From a phage, in the sequence record OZ335961.1: DNA of 64,000 nt; one strand, 5' to 3'. Of the stretch, positions 24,022 through 33,498 are shown piece by piece. The number at the start of each line of letters is the position of its first letter. The stretch's first letter is position 1. Both the position numbers and the translations under genes were made by a program. The notes under the pieces are model-generated. The model was not told the origin of the DNA. It ran no database searches and saw only the letters and a program-made list of their open reading frames with translations.

Positions 24022-24986
24022 TGTATTCTTTAGAGGAATTTAATAATCAAGCAATAAACGCAGATTTCCAACGTAATAATATGTTTAGCTGCGTTTTTGC
24101 GACAACTCCATCAACTAAAAGCTCTTCGTTGATAAGTTCAATTAGCAACTTTTCTTATAATAATTTGGGTCTAAATTCAGATTGGTTAGGATTGACTCAA
24201 GGCGATATTAATCAGGGAATTACCACGCTAATTACTGCTGGCACACAAAAACTGATAAGAAAATCAGGGGTTAGTAAATATCTTATTGGTGCCATGAGTC
24301 AACGTACAGTTCAAAGTTTATTGGGCTCATTTACAGTTGGTACATATTTAATTGACTTCTTTAACATGGCATATAACTCGTCTGGATTGATGATATATTC
24401 TGTAAAAATGCCAGAGAATAGATTATCCTATGAAACTGACTGGAACTATAACTCTCCTAATATTCGTATAACTGGGAGAGAATTAGACCCTTTGGTTATT
24501 TCATTTAGAATGGATTCAGAAGCTTGTAACTATCGTGCAATGCAAGACTGGGTTAACGCTGTTCAAGACCCAGTAACTGGATTGCGTGCTTTGCCACAAG
24601 ATGTCGAGGCAGATATTCAGGTTAATCTTCATGCTCGTAATGGATTACCTCATACTGCGGTGATGTTCACCGGATGCATTCCAGTGTCAGTGAGCGCTCC
24701 TGAGTTATCATATGATGGAGATAACCAAATAACCACATTTGATGTTACTTTTGCGTATAGAGTCATGCAGGCTGGATCGGTTGATAGACAAGCTGCGCTT
24801 GAGTGGCTTGAATCTGCTGCTATAAATGGCATTCAAAGCGTTCTCGGAAATAGTGGGGGTGTTACTGGATTATCTAATTCGCTTTCACGACTTAGTAGAT
24901 TAGGAGGAACTGCTGGAAGCATTTCAAACATTAATACTATGACAGGAATTGTCAACTCGCAAAGTAAAATATTAGGAGCAATATAA
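24021..24986 (+). CDS. 54: baseplate tail-tube initiator
   Basis: 321-aa ORF, TAATG overlap with gene 48. Confidence 0.9.
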   Translation: MYSLEEFNNQAINADFQRNNMFSCVFATTPSTKSSSLISSISNFSYNNLGLNSDWLGLTQGDINQGITTLITAGTQKLIRKSGVSKYLIGAMSQRTVQSLLGSFTVGTYLIDFFNMAYNSSGLMIYSVKMPENRLSYETDWNYNSPNIRITGRELDPLVISFRMDSEACNYRAMQDWVNAVQDPVTGLRALPQDVEADIQVNLHARNGLPHTAVMFTGCIPVSVSAPELSYDGDNQITTFDVTFAYRVMQAGSVDRQAALEWLESAAINGIQSVLGNSGGVTGLSNSLSRLSRLGGTAGSISNINTMTGIVNSQSKILGAI

Positions 24987-24990
24987 CAAT

Positions 24991-25020
24991 GGGGACCGAA
25001 AGGTCCCCATATTTTTATTT
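24991..25020. terminator. bidirectional terminator between gene 54 and the alt-region operon
   Basis: GGGGACC-GAA-AGGTCCCC hairpin followed by a T-rich run. Confidence 0.7.
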
Positions 25021-25305
25021 ACGGAATGAAATAAAAGCAGCAACTGAAGCAACTAAACTGTCTTCAATATAAACTTCAATTTTTACCGGAGCTTCTGACT
25101 CAAATTTACCTGTTACTACACCTTGGAAAATGCTTTCAGTCTGCTCTGGCTTTGAAAAATTTTCAGAAGGAAAAATTCCGAACTTTTTATCTGTTCCAAA
25201 AATTTTGATAAATTCATCATAAACTGCTTCATTAAAAGCGTTATCAGCAGGAATAACGCCTTCAACTACAAGTTCTTGACCTAAAAAGCGTAAAGAAGAT
25301 TTCAT
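25015..25305 (-). CDS. hypothetical protein upstream of the alt locus
   Basis: 96-aa ORF with ATG; early-type promoter plus conserved leader immediately upstream (25335-25366). Confidence 0.55.
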   Translation of the reverse strand: MKSSLRFLGQELVVEGVIPADNAFNEAVYDEFIKIFGTDKKFGIFPSENFSKPEQTESIFQGVVTGKFESEAPVKIEVYIEDSLVASVAAFISFRK

Positions 25306-25334
25306 TTTGTGTTCCTCATGTTATGTCAGTAAGA

Positions 25335-25366
25335 TTATTATAACACAACACGAGGGACTTGTAAAC
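25335..25366 (-). promoter_or_regulatory. early-type sigma70 promoter (GTTTAC -35, TATAAT -10)
   Basis: Minus strand reads GTTTACAagtccctcgtgttgtgTTATAAT; near-identical block at 41306-41337. Confidence 0.5.
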
Positions 25367-27423
25367 TACATCTTGAACTTTTTAGACATTCCGTTGATGT
25401 TAACTAAAGAAGCTAAGATTTGAGAAACTTCGTTTTCCTCTTCTTTTGATTCTTCTACAAGGAATTGATTAAACCCAGCCATTAGACGAACTTCACCAGT
25501 TTCCATTAGATGATCGCCATCATATACCGATTCTTCTAATTGTTCAGAAGGAGGAACGATTGTGCCTTCGATTAGATACTTGTTATAAGCAGTTTCTTTC
25601 ATCATGTACGTGCTCACTTTATTAATCTTCAGCAAAATTCCACGCGGTAAAATAACTTCAGCTTCTGACGGAAATCCTGATAAATGACCCGGAACGATAA
25701 CTTTAATTCGCTCAGCTCCTTTAATTACCATACCCACGCTAGTTTCAGCATCTTCATTAGCATATGCAGAATGACTACCCATATGCATTAAATCTTCAGC
25801 ATCAACAGAACCTTCTCCTTCACCAGAAAATACTGCGCCGGAATCATCTAGAGACATATAGTTTTTACCATGCTCACCGAAGATATTTGGTTTAAGCGAT
25901 GTTGATACGAAGTTCTTAAAATAGAACATTTTATTTTCAATATTATGACGTAAAGTTTTAAAAGTAACTTCTTGCCCACGATAAAGCGTAGTTCCTGGAG
26001 GAAGAACTGATCCTTTGGCGAATGCAGAATCCAGCGTCTCGATGCGTTTAATAGCTCGTTCCATGTATTCTTCACGGGTAGAATCTGGTTTACCTAAGAG
26101 GAACGAGTTCATTTCAACATATGAATCTGCACAATAATCTTCAATTACATCAGACTCAGACTGAGTTAATCCTTTTGGAGTTACTTCGGTGCTTGCGTAT
26201 TCATATGCCTGAGCAGCAGATTCATTAATCAATTTATAAATGTTATTCATGACAAATTGAATAATAGCTACCTTTTCGTCTGGTGTGGCTTTAGAACCTT
26301 TAACTAAATCATTGATAATTTTCTTAATAACATCAAAGCTATTAGAAATATTAATGTCAGCGAGATCGCTTAAAATTTTATCAGTTTTATAATCAAAAAA
26401 TTCTTTATTCTTTAAATATTCTTGAGAACCTTGATATGTTATATCGCTCTGCAGCTTGATAGATGGATCACGTAAACGTGCATGGGCCAATGCAATATGA
26501 TTTCGGAAGCTTTCTAGTTCATAATCGTTAGATTTAAAACGAGAAGCACTTCTCATACCACCGATAGCTCCTTTGCTGAAGTTGGAACCAATCTGAATAA
26601 CACCAGAGTTCATTGGTCCTTCTGCTTTATATACCGGAACTTTAGATTCAAACTCTTGATATTTCTTGGCAGCGAAGCTATCACCCTGAAGTGAAGCATC
26701 GACAGTAGAATATTGAGCTTGTGCTGCTAATCGACGGCTAATTTTAGTTTTCTGAATAACAGCTTGATCCGTGCGCTTATCATTTTCTAAAGCAATAGAA
26801 GCAGCCACAGCAACGGCTTTAGGAACAGCATTACCTGTTTTAACATCTACATAAACATCACCAACCTTTGATTCAACTTTTGTGAATAACTCAGTTGAAA
26901 TAGGAGGTACACCTGGAATGTCTTCTAAATTGGCATTTTTACGGTAAACCATAATATATGCATACTTTTTATCATAATCCCAGATTTCTTTTAAAAGAAC
27001 ATATCGACCTGCTCCTTTAGTACGTACTAAACGGTCAGCAATAACTTGCATTTGACGAGCAGCGCCATTTGTTTTACTTTTTAGTACGCGGAATAGGCAT
27101 GCGTCAATTTTATACTGTTTCATTGTTTGAAGAGCAGTATCAAAAACCGCATTAATGACACCAATTGGATTTCCACCCAAGTTTTTAAGTTTAACTAATG
27201 ATAGTTTCTCATTGACACCTATCATTACGATATGCATCATTTTATCGCCTGGCTTAACGTTTTTATTTGTATCACCGCCAGAGGTGTATGTACAAAATCT
27301 AAATCCAGGAAGTACACTTTCTTCGCCGGCTTGAATAGCAAAAATTTGAGGTATTTTATGCTTAGGATTTAAGTTAACAACCGGCGCCGAAGCGCCGTCA
27401 AATAATTCTGTAATAAGTTCCAT
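25366..27423 (-). CDS. Alt-like mono-ADP-ribosyltransferase (second paralogue)
   Basis: 685-aa ORF starting MELITELFD like its neighbour; C-terminal R / STS / EAE triad (LYRGQ ... FVSTSL ... SEAEVILPRG); AAGGA RBS. Confidence 0.8.
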   Translation of the reverse strand: MELITELFDGASAPVVNLNPKHKIPQIFAIQAGEESVLPGFRFCTYTSGGDTNKNVKPGDKMMHIVMIGVNEKLSLVKLKNLGGNPIGVINAVFDTALQTMKQYKIDACLFRVLKSKTNGAARQMQVIADRLVRTKGAGRYVLLKEIWDYDKKYAYIMVYRKNANLEDIPGVPPISTELFTKVESKVGDVYVDVKTGNAVPKAVAVAASIALENDKRTDQAVIQKTKISRRLAAQAQYSTVDASLQGDSFAAKKYQEFESKVPVYKAEGPMNSGVIQIGSNFSKGAIGGMRSASRFKSNDYELESFRNHIALAHARLRDPSIKLQSDITYQGSQEYLKNKEFFDYKTDKILSDLADINISNSFDVIKKIINDLVKGSKATPDEKVAIIQFVMNNIYKLINESAAQAYEYASTEVTPKGLTQSESDVIEDYCADSYVEMNSFLLGKPDSTREEYMERAIKRIETLDSAFAKGSVLPPGTTLYRGQEVTFKTLRHNIENKMFYFKNFVSTSLKPNIFGEHGKNYMSLDDSGAVFSGEGEGSVDAEDLMHMGSHSAYANEDAETSVGMVIKGAERIKVIVPGHLSGFPSEAEVILPRGILLKINKVSTYMMKETAYNKYLIEGTIVPPSEQLEESVYDGDHLMETGEVRLMAGFNQFLVEESKEEENEVSQILASLVNINGMSKKFKM

Positions 27424-27426
27424 GAT

Positions 27427-29520
27427 TTATCCTTGAACGAACTTGTAAGGCATGTTTGCGATATCTATGCAAGACGCAATAATTCCAAGAGATGATTCTA
27501 CTTTCTGTTTAACATTTGATGAAACGAATGATGCAAAGTCAACTCTGTCTTCTATTTCAATATCACCTGTCATTGCAACTACTTCACCAGTTTCCATTAG
27601 ACGGTCACCGTCATAAATTACTGATTCGGTGAGTTCTTCCGTAGTCATAACTTCAGCTTGAATGAGTTTTGTATTATTAGATGTTGTTCCGTCATTATTA
27701 GAAGCATCAGTTATTTTATTAACTTTGACCATCAATCCGCGCGGTAGAATAACTTCAGCTTCTGTTGCTATTCCGAGACTTCCTGGATATACAACATTAA
27801 CTTTATGAGCTCCATCAATTGCCCATCCTATTTGAACTTTAACGTATTCAGGATTTTCTTTATACGCTCTTATTTCGTTTGGATTAATAGTTATTCCTTC
27901 TTCATTTTTATCAACTGTCAATTCATTACGAGCTTCTGGTTCTAAAAGACCAATACCAGCATGCGTAATTCCAAAACGTCCAAAAATGATAGGAGTTAAA
28001 GAAGTAGATACAAAATTTCTGAAATAGAACACTTTATTTTTAACTAGTGCTTCGTATATAGGAGCAGTCATACTTTGAGCACGATAAACTGTAATGCCTT
28101 CTGGTATACGATCACCATTTTCAAAAGCTGAGTCTAAGTTATTTATAGCAGATTCAATTTCTTTTTCACTCATTACATCATATCGTTCTGGATTGTAGCG
28201 GCCTAAAAGAAGATTATTGATGTCAGTATATCCTGATCCACAGTACTCTCTAATGCCGCGCTTTTGTGATGGAGTATATTTAGAACCATCACGGGCAATA
28301 GTAATATCAATCATTGGACCTGCACCAATTCCAGAAAAGCTATAAATCATTCTTTTGAGGAATTTAGTTTTTGCTGCGTTCCAGGAATTTTTAGTTATTT
28401 CTTCCCAGACTTCATCTGGCTGTCCTTTACGGGTTTTATTATGTTTATCAAGCCAAGTATCTTTATATTCTTCAAAGAATTTATTAATAGCTGCTGCATA
28501 CTTCTCTAAACATTTTATTGAAGTAGTTGGTTCATTTTTAATCGCATTAAGAATTACGTCTTTAATTTTTTCAGAAACTTCATTAACCTCACTTTTTGAA
28601 AAGAATTTATAATCATAGTGAAGTTCATCTGCGGTTCCTTCGGCAATAATTTTTGCTGCCTTAGTTTTAGAAGCTAATGAATTGATTCCAAGTTTCATTT
28701 CTTCTGCTTCGGGAATTAAAGGAGCTGTAGCAGGTTTATTGAAATTAGCTGCGGTAGATTCATACTTTTGGAATAATTCACTTTCAAATCTAGAAGATTC
28801 CAATGACTGGCTTTGTGCAATTGCTCTACGGGAAATTTTAACTTTAACGATTACAGCTTGGTCAGAACGTTTATCATTTTCTTGTGCAATAGATGCCGCA
28901 ATTGCCTCATTTTTAGTTACTTGAGCTCCAGTATCTTTATTGATATAAACATCACCGACCTTCGATTCAACTTTAGTAAAGAGCTCGGTACTAATTTCAG
29001 GAACTCCTGGGATGTCTTCTAATGATACATTTTTGCGATGTATAAGAATATATGCATACTTTTTATCGTAATCCCAGAGTTCCTTAAGAAGGACGTATCT
29101 GCCACCTGAACGACTGCGGATAAGTCTATCAGCAATAACTTGAATTTGTCGAGCTTGACCAGCAGTTTTAGACTTAAGAATACGAAGCATACAGGCATCA
29201 ATTTTATACTGGCGCATCGTCTGCATTGCAACAGTAAAAACTGAATTGATGTAATTAATTGGGCTTGGACCGAGACCTTTTAATTTAGCAATTGAACCTT
29301 TAGCGGTTAATGTAAAAGGAACAATGTGCATCATTTTATCGCCCATCTTTAAATCGCGATTAGTATCACCTCCAGATGTATAGGTACATAAACGAAAGCC
29401 TGGTTGTTCAATTGCGTCATCAACATGAACTGAAAAAATTTGCGGTATTTTCTTCTTTGGATTTAAGTTTGTAATCGGAAGAGTAGTATCTTCGTCAAAT
29501 AATTCTGTAATGAGTTCCAT
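27427..29520 (-). CDS. alt: Alt ADP-ribosyltransferase (head-packaged internal protein)
   Basis: 697/698-aa ORF (MMELITELFD; second ATG better spaced from AGAGGA); R / STS / EAE triad (VYRAQ ... FVSTSL ... TEAEVILPRG); minus-strand TATAAATA upstream. Confidence 0.85.
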   Translation of the reverse strand: MELITELFDEDTTLPITNLNPKKKIPQIFSVHVDDAIEQPGFRLCTYTSGGDTNRDLKMGDKMMHIVPFTLTAKGSIAKLKGLGPSPINYINSVFTVAMQTMRQYKIDACMLRILKSKTAGQARQIQVIADRLIRSRSGGRYVLLKELWDYDKKYAYILIHRKNVSLEDIPGVPEISTELFTKVESKVGDVYINKDTGAQVTKNEAIAASIAQENDKRSDQAVIVKVKISRRAIAQSQSLESSRFESELFQKYESTAANFNKPATAPLIPEAEEMKLGINSLASKTKAAKIIAEGTADELHYDYKFFSKSEVNEVSEKIKDVILNAIKNEPTTSIKCLEKYAAAINKFFEEYKDTWLDKHNKTRKGQPDEVWEEITKNSWNAAKTKFLKRMIYSFSGIGAGPMIDITIARDGSKYTPSQKRGIREYCGSGYTDINNLLLGRYNPERYDVMSEKEIESAINNLDSAFENGDRIPEGITVYRAQSMTAPIYEALVKNKVFYFRNFVSTSLTPIIFGRFGITHAGIGLLEPEARNELTVDKNEEGITINPNEIRAYKENPEYVKVQIGWAIDGAHKVNVVYPGSLGIATEAEVILPRGLMVKVNKITDASNNDGTTSNNTKLIQAEVMTTEELTESVIYDGDRLMETGEVVAMTGDIEIEDRVDFASFVSSNVKQKVESSLGIIASCIDIANMPYKFVQG

Positions 29521-29543
29521 CATATCCTCTCTAGTGTTTATTC

Positions 29544-29551
29544 TATTTATA
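29544..29551 (-). promoter_or_regulatory. late promoter core TATAAATA upstream of alt
   Basis: Minus strand reads TTTTATAAATAGAAT about 20 nt before the alt ATG. Confidence 0.55.
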
Positions 29552-29559
29552 AAATTAAA

Positions 29560-29571
29560 GGCCCGAAGGCC
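29560..29571 (-). terminator. hairpin between the gene 30 operon and alt
   Basis: GGCC-CGAA-GGCC hairpin in an A/T-rich context. Confidence 0.45.
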
Positions 29572-29572
29572 T

Positions 29573-29761
29573 TTAATAATCTATTGGTAAGAGAGTACGA
29601 TATATTTCAAACTTTGGACCTTTTTCATAGGTATCAAATGTTTCCGTGAATTTATTATAAGCATATGCATCTATAAATTCAATCATAATTTGTGATACAG
29701 AAGTAGAAACATCTCCACCTTCTTTTTGAGCCACGACAATTGTTTCTAAGTAAGCTTTCAT
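29573..29761 (-). CDS. hypothetical small protein between gene 30 and alt
   Basis: 62-aa ORF, ATG overlaps gene 30 stop; hairpin follows its stop. Confidence 0.4.
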   Translation of the reverse strand: MKAYLETIVVAQKEGGDVSTSVSQIMIEFIDAYAYNKFTETFDTYEKGPKFEIYRTLLPIDY

Positions 29762-31218
29762 AGACCAGTTACCTCATGAAAATCACCAAATACATCCTCG
29801 AATGTATTAGCTTTAGTTTTATCTTCACGTAAACGAATCGCAATCGGAAGAAATAATTTAACGTAATCAGTGCGGCCATCAGATTTTAACCAACCATTAC
29901 ATTCGCATTCTAGAATTTTTCCAATATAATAATTTTGGTTTTCCATAATGCGAGTACGGTCAAGTTCATGCGATTTTACGCCGGCTTTATCTTTTAAGCC
30001 TGAACCAGCATTTACTTTAATTTTTCCACACTCTGATTCAAGAATAAATCCACCTGCTTTAGTAGGGTCTTTACGGTGAGGATAAATTCCTACAATTTTT
30101 AAATCAACATCAATTACTTCTTTAAATTTATAGAGATTTTTTGAACGAGCATTTTCCCATAATCCATCGATATTTTTGAGAATAATACCTTCAAGACCTT
30201 GGTCAATATACTTTTTATAAATTACCTTAGCTTCATCTAGGTTATTTACTACCTGGTTTTCAATTAAAATTACTTTATCATATCCTGATGTCATTTGTTC
30301 TAGTTTAGAAAAACGTGCATCATATTTTAAACGAAACGCCGGAAGACCGTATATTTCTACCAACGGGACATAATCCCAGACCTGAAACTTCATGCATTTG
30401 GCTTCTTTTTCAGAAATGGTTCCTTTTAAGGATTTATTGGCGATTCCATTAGAAGCAGTACGTGATTCAGCTACTTCGGCGAATTCTTTAGCTTTACTGA
30501 TTTCAGGAGCATCAAAAAGAAAATCTAGGCCTTCTGGCTCCTTTTCAACTTGCTCGTGGTATACCAATTCGCCATCGATTAACACACCTTCTGGATGAAT
30601 CTGGCGGGCTTCAGCAGTCATTTTGATTAATTCTTCCTTAAGAAGATCTAATCCTAGATATTCATTACCAGCTCGTGATAAAAGACGAACATCATCTAAT
30701 TCATCGCCTCGGACTTCAGCAAAACACCGAGCTCCATCAGCTTTTAACTGTGCAAAAGCTGGAAACTTGATATTCTTACTAATGCCTTTTTCATCATAAG
30801 AACTTGCCAGCATTTGAGGTTGTTCAGGAATTAAACCTGGCCAAACTTTGTTTGCAATAGATACTGAAGCACCGCATTCAAGGTCTCGCATCATAACTCG
30901 ACGCAAAACTTCAACATCATCCTTTTTACCATCGGTGATATATCCAGTTAATTCCTCAATTGCAGCATTTCCAGTCAATTTCCGAGTAGCTAACGTGAAT
31001 TCAATGAAGTCAAGCATATCGGTAATAGTCAGCATTCCAAAACTCTGGGTAGCAATACCAGGTTTAGGCCATTTCTTGATATAATACTGTAGCCCACGAG
31101 AATAAGTCAGACGATATACTCGTTTAAGCAATTCATTATCTTTATTCTTTTCAAGAATTGCTTGCTTCTGCTTAGTTGATCCAATAGATGCTATTTCATT
31201 CAGAATTTTAAGAATCAT
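29758..31218 (-). CDS. 30: ATP-dependent DNA ligase
   Basis: 486-aa ORF with adenylation motif KADG (AQLKADGARCF). Confidence 0.93.
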   Translation of the reverse strand: MILKILNEIASIGSTKQKQAILEKNKDNELLKRVYRLTYSRGLQYYIKKWPKPGIATQSFGMLTITDMLDFIEFTLATRKLTGNAAIEELTGYITDGKKDDVEVLRRVMMRDLECGASVSIANKVWPGLIPEQPQMLASSYDEKGISKNIKFPAFAQLKADGARCFAEVRGDELDDVRLLSRAGNEYLGLDLLKEELIKMTAEARQIHPEGVLIDGELVYHEQVEKEPEGLDFLFDAPEISKAKEFAEVAESRTASNGIANKSLKGTISEKEAKCMKFQVWDYVPLVEIYGLPAFRLKYDARFSKLEQMTSGYDKVILIENQVVNNLDEAKVIYKKYIDQGLEGIILKNIDGLWENARSKNLYKFKEVIDVDLKIVGIYPHRKDPTKAGGFILESECGKIKVNAGSGLKDKAGVKSHELDRTRIMENQNYYIGKILECECNGWLKSDGRTDYVKLFLPIAIRLREDKTKANTFEDVFGDFHEVTGL

Positions 31219-31484
31219 TGCTCATCCTTCAAGGTTTGGTTTACAGCTCTATTATAAATCAATTCATCATTAAGCTCAGGCAAAGACCTATGATATGTAG
31301 TTCTAACTTTATTTCCTTGCATCCAATGCTTAACGTAAATGAAACCTTGCTCTACACATTTTTTAAAAATTCGTTCGTCTTTTTGAGCTCGGAATTCTGG
31401 ATTGCATCTAAAAAATTGATTTACGTGACCATAATCACGTGTAGTATTACCTTCATTTTCATAAATAGTGTGAACGACAAACAT
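31215..31484 (-). CDS. hypothetical protein (30.x cluster)
   Basis: 89-aa ORF, ATG verified by back-translation, stop/start overlaps with neighbours. Confidence 0.55.
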   Translation of the reverse strand: MFVVHTIYENEGNTTRDYGHVNQFFRCNPEFRAQKDERIFKKCVEQGFIYVKHWMQGNKVRTTYHRSLPELNDELIYNRAVNQTLKDEQ

Positions 31485-32323
31485 TAGAATGCTCCTTGAA
31501 AAATATTGTCACCACTAGTAGGTCTATTATACAAATACTCTATTCCACCAGGTTTAATGTAGTTCCATGTCTGAAACGGATGTGTCTGATATGGATGATA
31601 TAGATGATTATAAGGATTAAATCCAGGCGTTCTCCAGGTAGTGTTCCAAGGAAAAGAATCGTTTTTAATCATCTTCTCAATCACATCTTTTATAGCTTTT
31701 TCACTATCAAAACTTTCTTTATTTTCCTTTGGCGAAAAAAGCTTATTTTCTACATCATTCCATGTATAAACTCGCTGAGCAGTTTTTGGAATATTGTCAC
31801 GCTCTCCTCGAGCCATCCAATAAACAGGAACATTTAATATTTCACTCGCGTGGTCGCAGTGATGAGCGAGATCGTCAATATAACAAATTACGTTATATTT
31901 CTCTTTTGCCTTTTTGAACAGCTCTTCTTTTGAAGAATCATGACCACACATCATTACTTCTGAGAAGGCACCAGGAAAAAGAGCATTCAAATTAAATTGA
32001 CGATTCAGCAGAGCGTCAATAGAATCACCCAATGCTGTAACAGCTACAAAATTATAATCTTCTTTTAGTTTGTTAATTACGCACAGGGCATCTTTATATG
32101 GAGACAAGTAACGAATAAAATCTGATCGATTGTATTTTTCAATTAACTTGACACCAAGTTCTTCATCACAATTAAAGAGTTTACCTGGAGAAATAAATTT
32201 CTCATCTTGGATCATTTTTAAAATATGTTCTAACGGAAGATTATATTTCTGAGCAAAATAAGGAAGTCCTGATTGCCAGCTTAAACATACTCCATCAATA
32301 TCAGTTAAAATAGTAGGCTTCAT
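31484..32323 (-). CDS. HAD-like hydrolase family protein (30.x cluster)
   Basis: 279-aa ORF with N-terminal DxDG motif (ILTDIDGV) typical of HAD phosphatases. Confidence 0.6.
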   Translation of the reverse strand: MKPTILTDIDGVCLSWQSGLPYFAQKYNLPLEHILKMIQDEKFISPGKLFNCDEELGVKLIEKYNRSDFIRYLSPYKDALCVINKLKEDYNFVAVTALGDSIDALLNRQFNLNALFPGAFSEVMMCGHDSSKEELFKKAKEKYNVICYIDDLAHHCDHASEILNVPVYWMARGERDNIPKTAQRVYTWNDVENKLFSPKENKESFDSEKAIKDVIEKMIKNDSFPWNTTWRTPGFNPYNHLYHPYQTHPFQTWNYIKPGGIEYLYNRPTSGDNIFQGAF

Positions 32324-32784
32324 AGAGAGTCTCTTAATAGGTTTAACACATCAATAAATTCAGCTTCGGTTAGTATTGTATCATCTTTTGTTAGACCACT
32401 AGCCATGCTGTGCTTCAAAACTTTTCCTTTCGAGGCTTGTAACGCATCACGAAAGCCCCTATTTTGGAACGCTGCTTCAAAATATGCATTTGTGTATAAT
32501 TCTTTCCACGCCGGTGAATATCTTGAAAACGGAACTCCAAGCCAAAAGAGGGTCCCACGGTCCTGAGCTCTAGCACAAGACCTTCCAGCTTGTTGGGCGG
32601 CAAGCCCGGATAACCCAAATATACGACGTTGCTGTTCAACATTTTTCACCTTGCATCCTTGGAGGAATCCTTCGAGACCTCCAAATTGAATACCATCCAT
32701 AACGAAAGGCCATTGGGCGAAATTACTTAATGCGCATGATGGCCATTTAAAATTGCTTCTTATCTCTAGCTCAGACATTTTCAA
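32320..32784 (-). CDS. NADAR (YbiA-like) domain protein
   Basis: 154-aa ORF with LSNFAQWPF...DG...F..GCK signature resembling E. coli YbiA (FSNFA.WP..DG). Confidence 0.7.
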   Translation of the reverse strand: MKMSELEIRSNFKWPSCALSNFAQWPFVMDGIQFGGLEGFLQGCKVKNVEQQRRIFGLSGLAAQQAGRSCARAQDRGTLFWLGVPFSRYSPAWKELYTNAYFEAAFQNRGFRDALQASKGKVLKHSMASGLTKDDTILTEAEFIDVLNLLRDSL

Positions 32785-32977
32785 TACTTATAATTTCAAC
32801 ATCAGCCCAATGACCATAGCAAGGAAGACGAAATTCAACTGGCCAGTTAGGGTCCTTTTCTAATATAATAGACTCAACTTGTGGTTCTTCATGTTCATCA
32901 GTATATGGATTTTTATCTGTTACTTTATATGTGACCTTAATATACTGAATTCCAAAAATCTTATTAATTATATTCAT
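32771..32977 (-). CDS. hypothetical protein (30.x cluster)
   Basis: 68-aa ORF in operon-like array. Confidence 0.45.
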   Translation of the reverse strand: MNIINKIFGIQYIKVTYKVTDKNPYTDEHEEPQVESIILEKDPNWPVEFRLPCYGHWADVEIISIENV

Positions 32978-33171
32978 ACTAATTCCTTTAATCCGTAAAT
33001 AGGAGATAATTCATCGCCCATACGAAGGTCTTCATTTCCATCTACCCAGGAAACAATATAAGCCTCTTTTATTTGAATACCACTCCATTTAAATGGAGGT
33101 AGAACCTTAGAAATTAATCCAGGTATACCAACTCCCTTTAATTCAACAGTTTGACCTAAAAAGAATTTCAT
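32974..33171 (-). CDS. hypothetical protein (30.x cluster)
   Basis: 65-aa ORF, ATGA-type overlap with neighbours. Confidence 0.45.
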   Translation of the reverse strand: MKFFLGQTVELKGVGIPGLISKVLPPFKWSGIQIKEAYIVSWVDGNEDLRMGDELSPIYGLKELV

Positions 33172-33458
33172 TAGAACCTCATCTGAAAACCGTGCGATTT
33201 AACATTACCGCCGCCAATATCAGAAATGTTAATTTCACGCGCAATTGAAGGGTCAATGTCAATTTCACGATTGAGTTTAGTGATAGCTAAAGTATCGCGC
33301 CCATTTACAGTACGGAATTCTAAAGGACATACTACATTAACGTAGTTTTTAATCGATTCGCTAGTAGGTTGCAAATGAGCAGGAAGGTCTTTAGGCGCCT
33401 TAGAGAAAACTACTTCGCAGAAGTTTTTACGAGTATCAAAATAAGTAGTCATAAACAT
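33171..33458 (-). CDS. hypothetical protein (30.x cluster)
   Basis: Track ORF extends to 33509, but a terminator hairpin (33474-33490) lies inside that extension; GAGGAA RBS precedes the ATG at 33458 (MFMTTYFD...). Confidence 0.5.
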   Translation of the reverse strand: MFMTTYFDTRKNFCEVVFSKAPKDLPAHLQPTSESIKNYVNVVCPLEFRTVNGRDTLAITKLNREIDIDPSIAREINISDIGGGNVKSHGFQMRF

Positions 33459-33473
33459 AGTATTTTCCTCAGT

Positions 33474-33490
33474 AAGGGGCCGAAGCCCCT
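33474..33490 (-). terminator. hairpin terminator inside the 30.x cluster
   Basis: AAGGGGC-TTCG-GCCCCTT (minus strand) followed by T-rich sequence. Confidence 0.55.
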
Positions 33491-33498
33491 TATTTATT

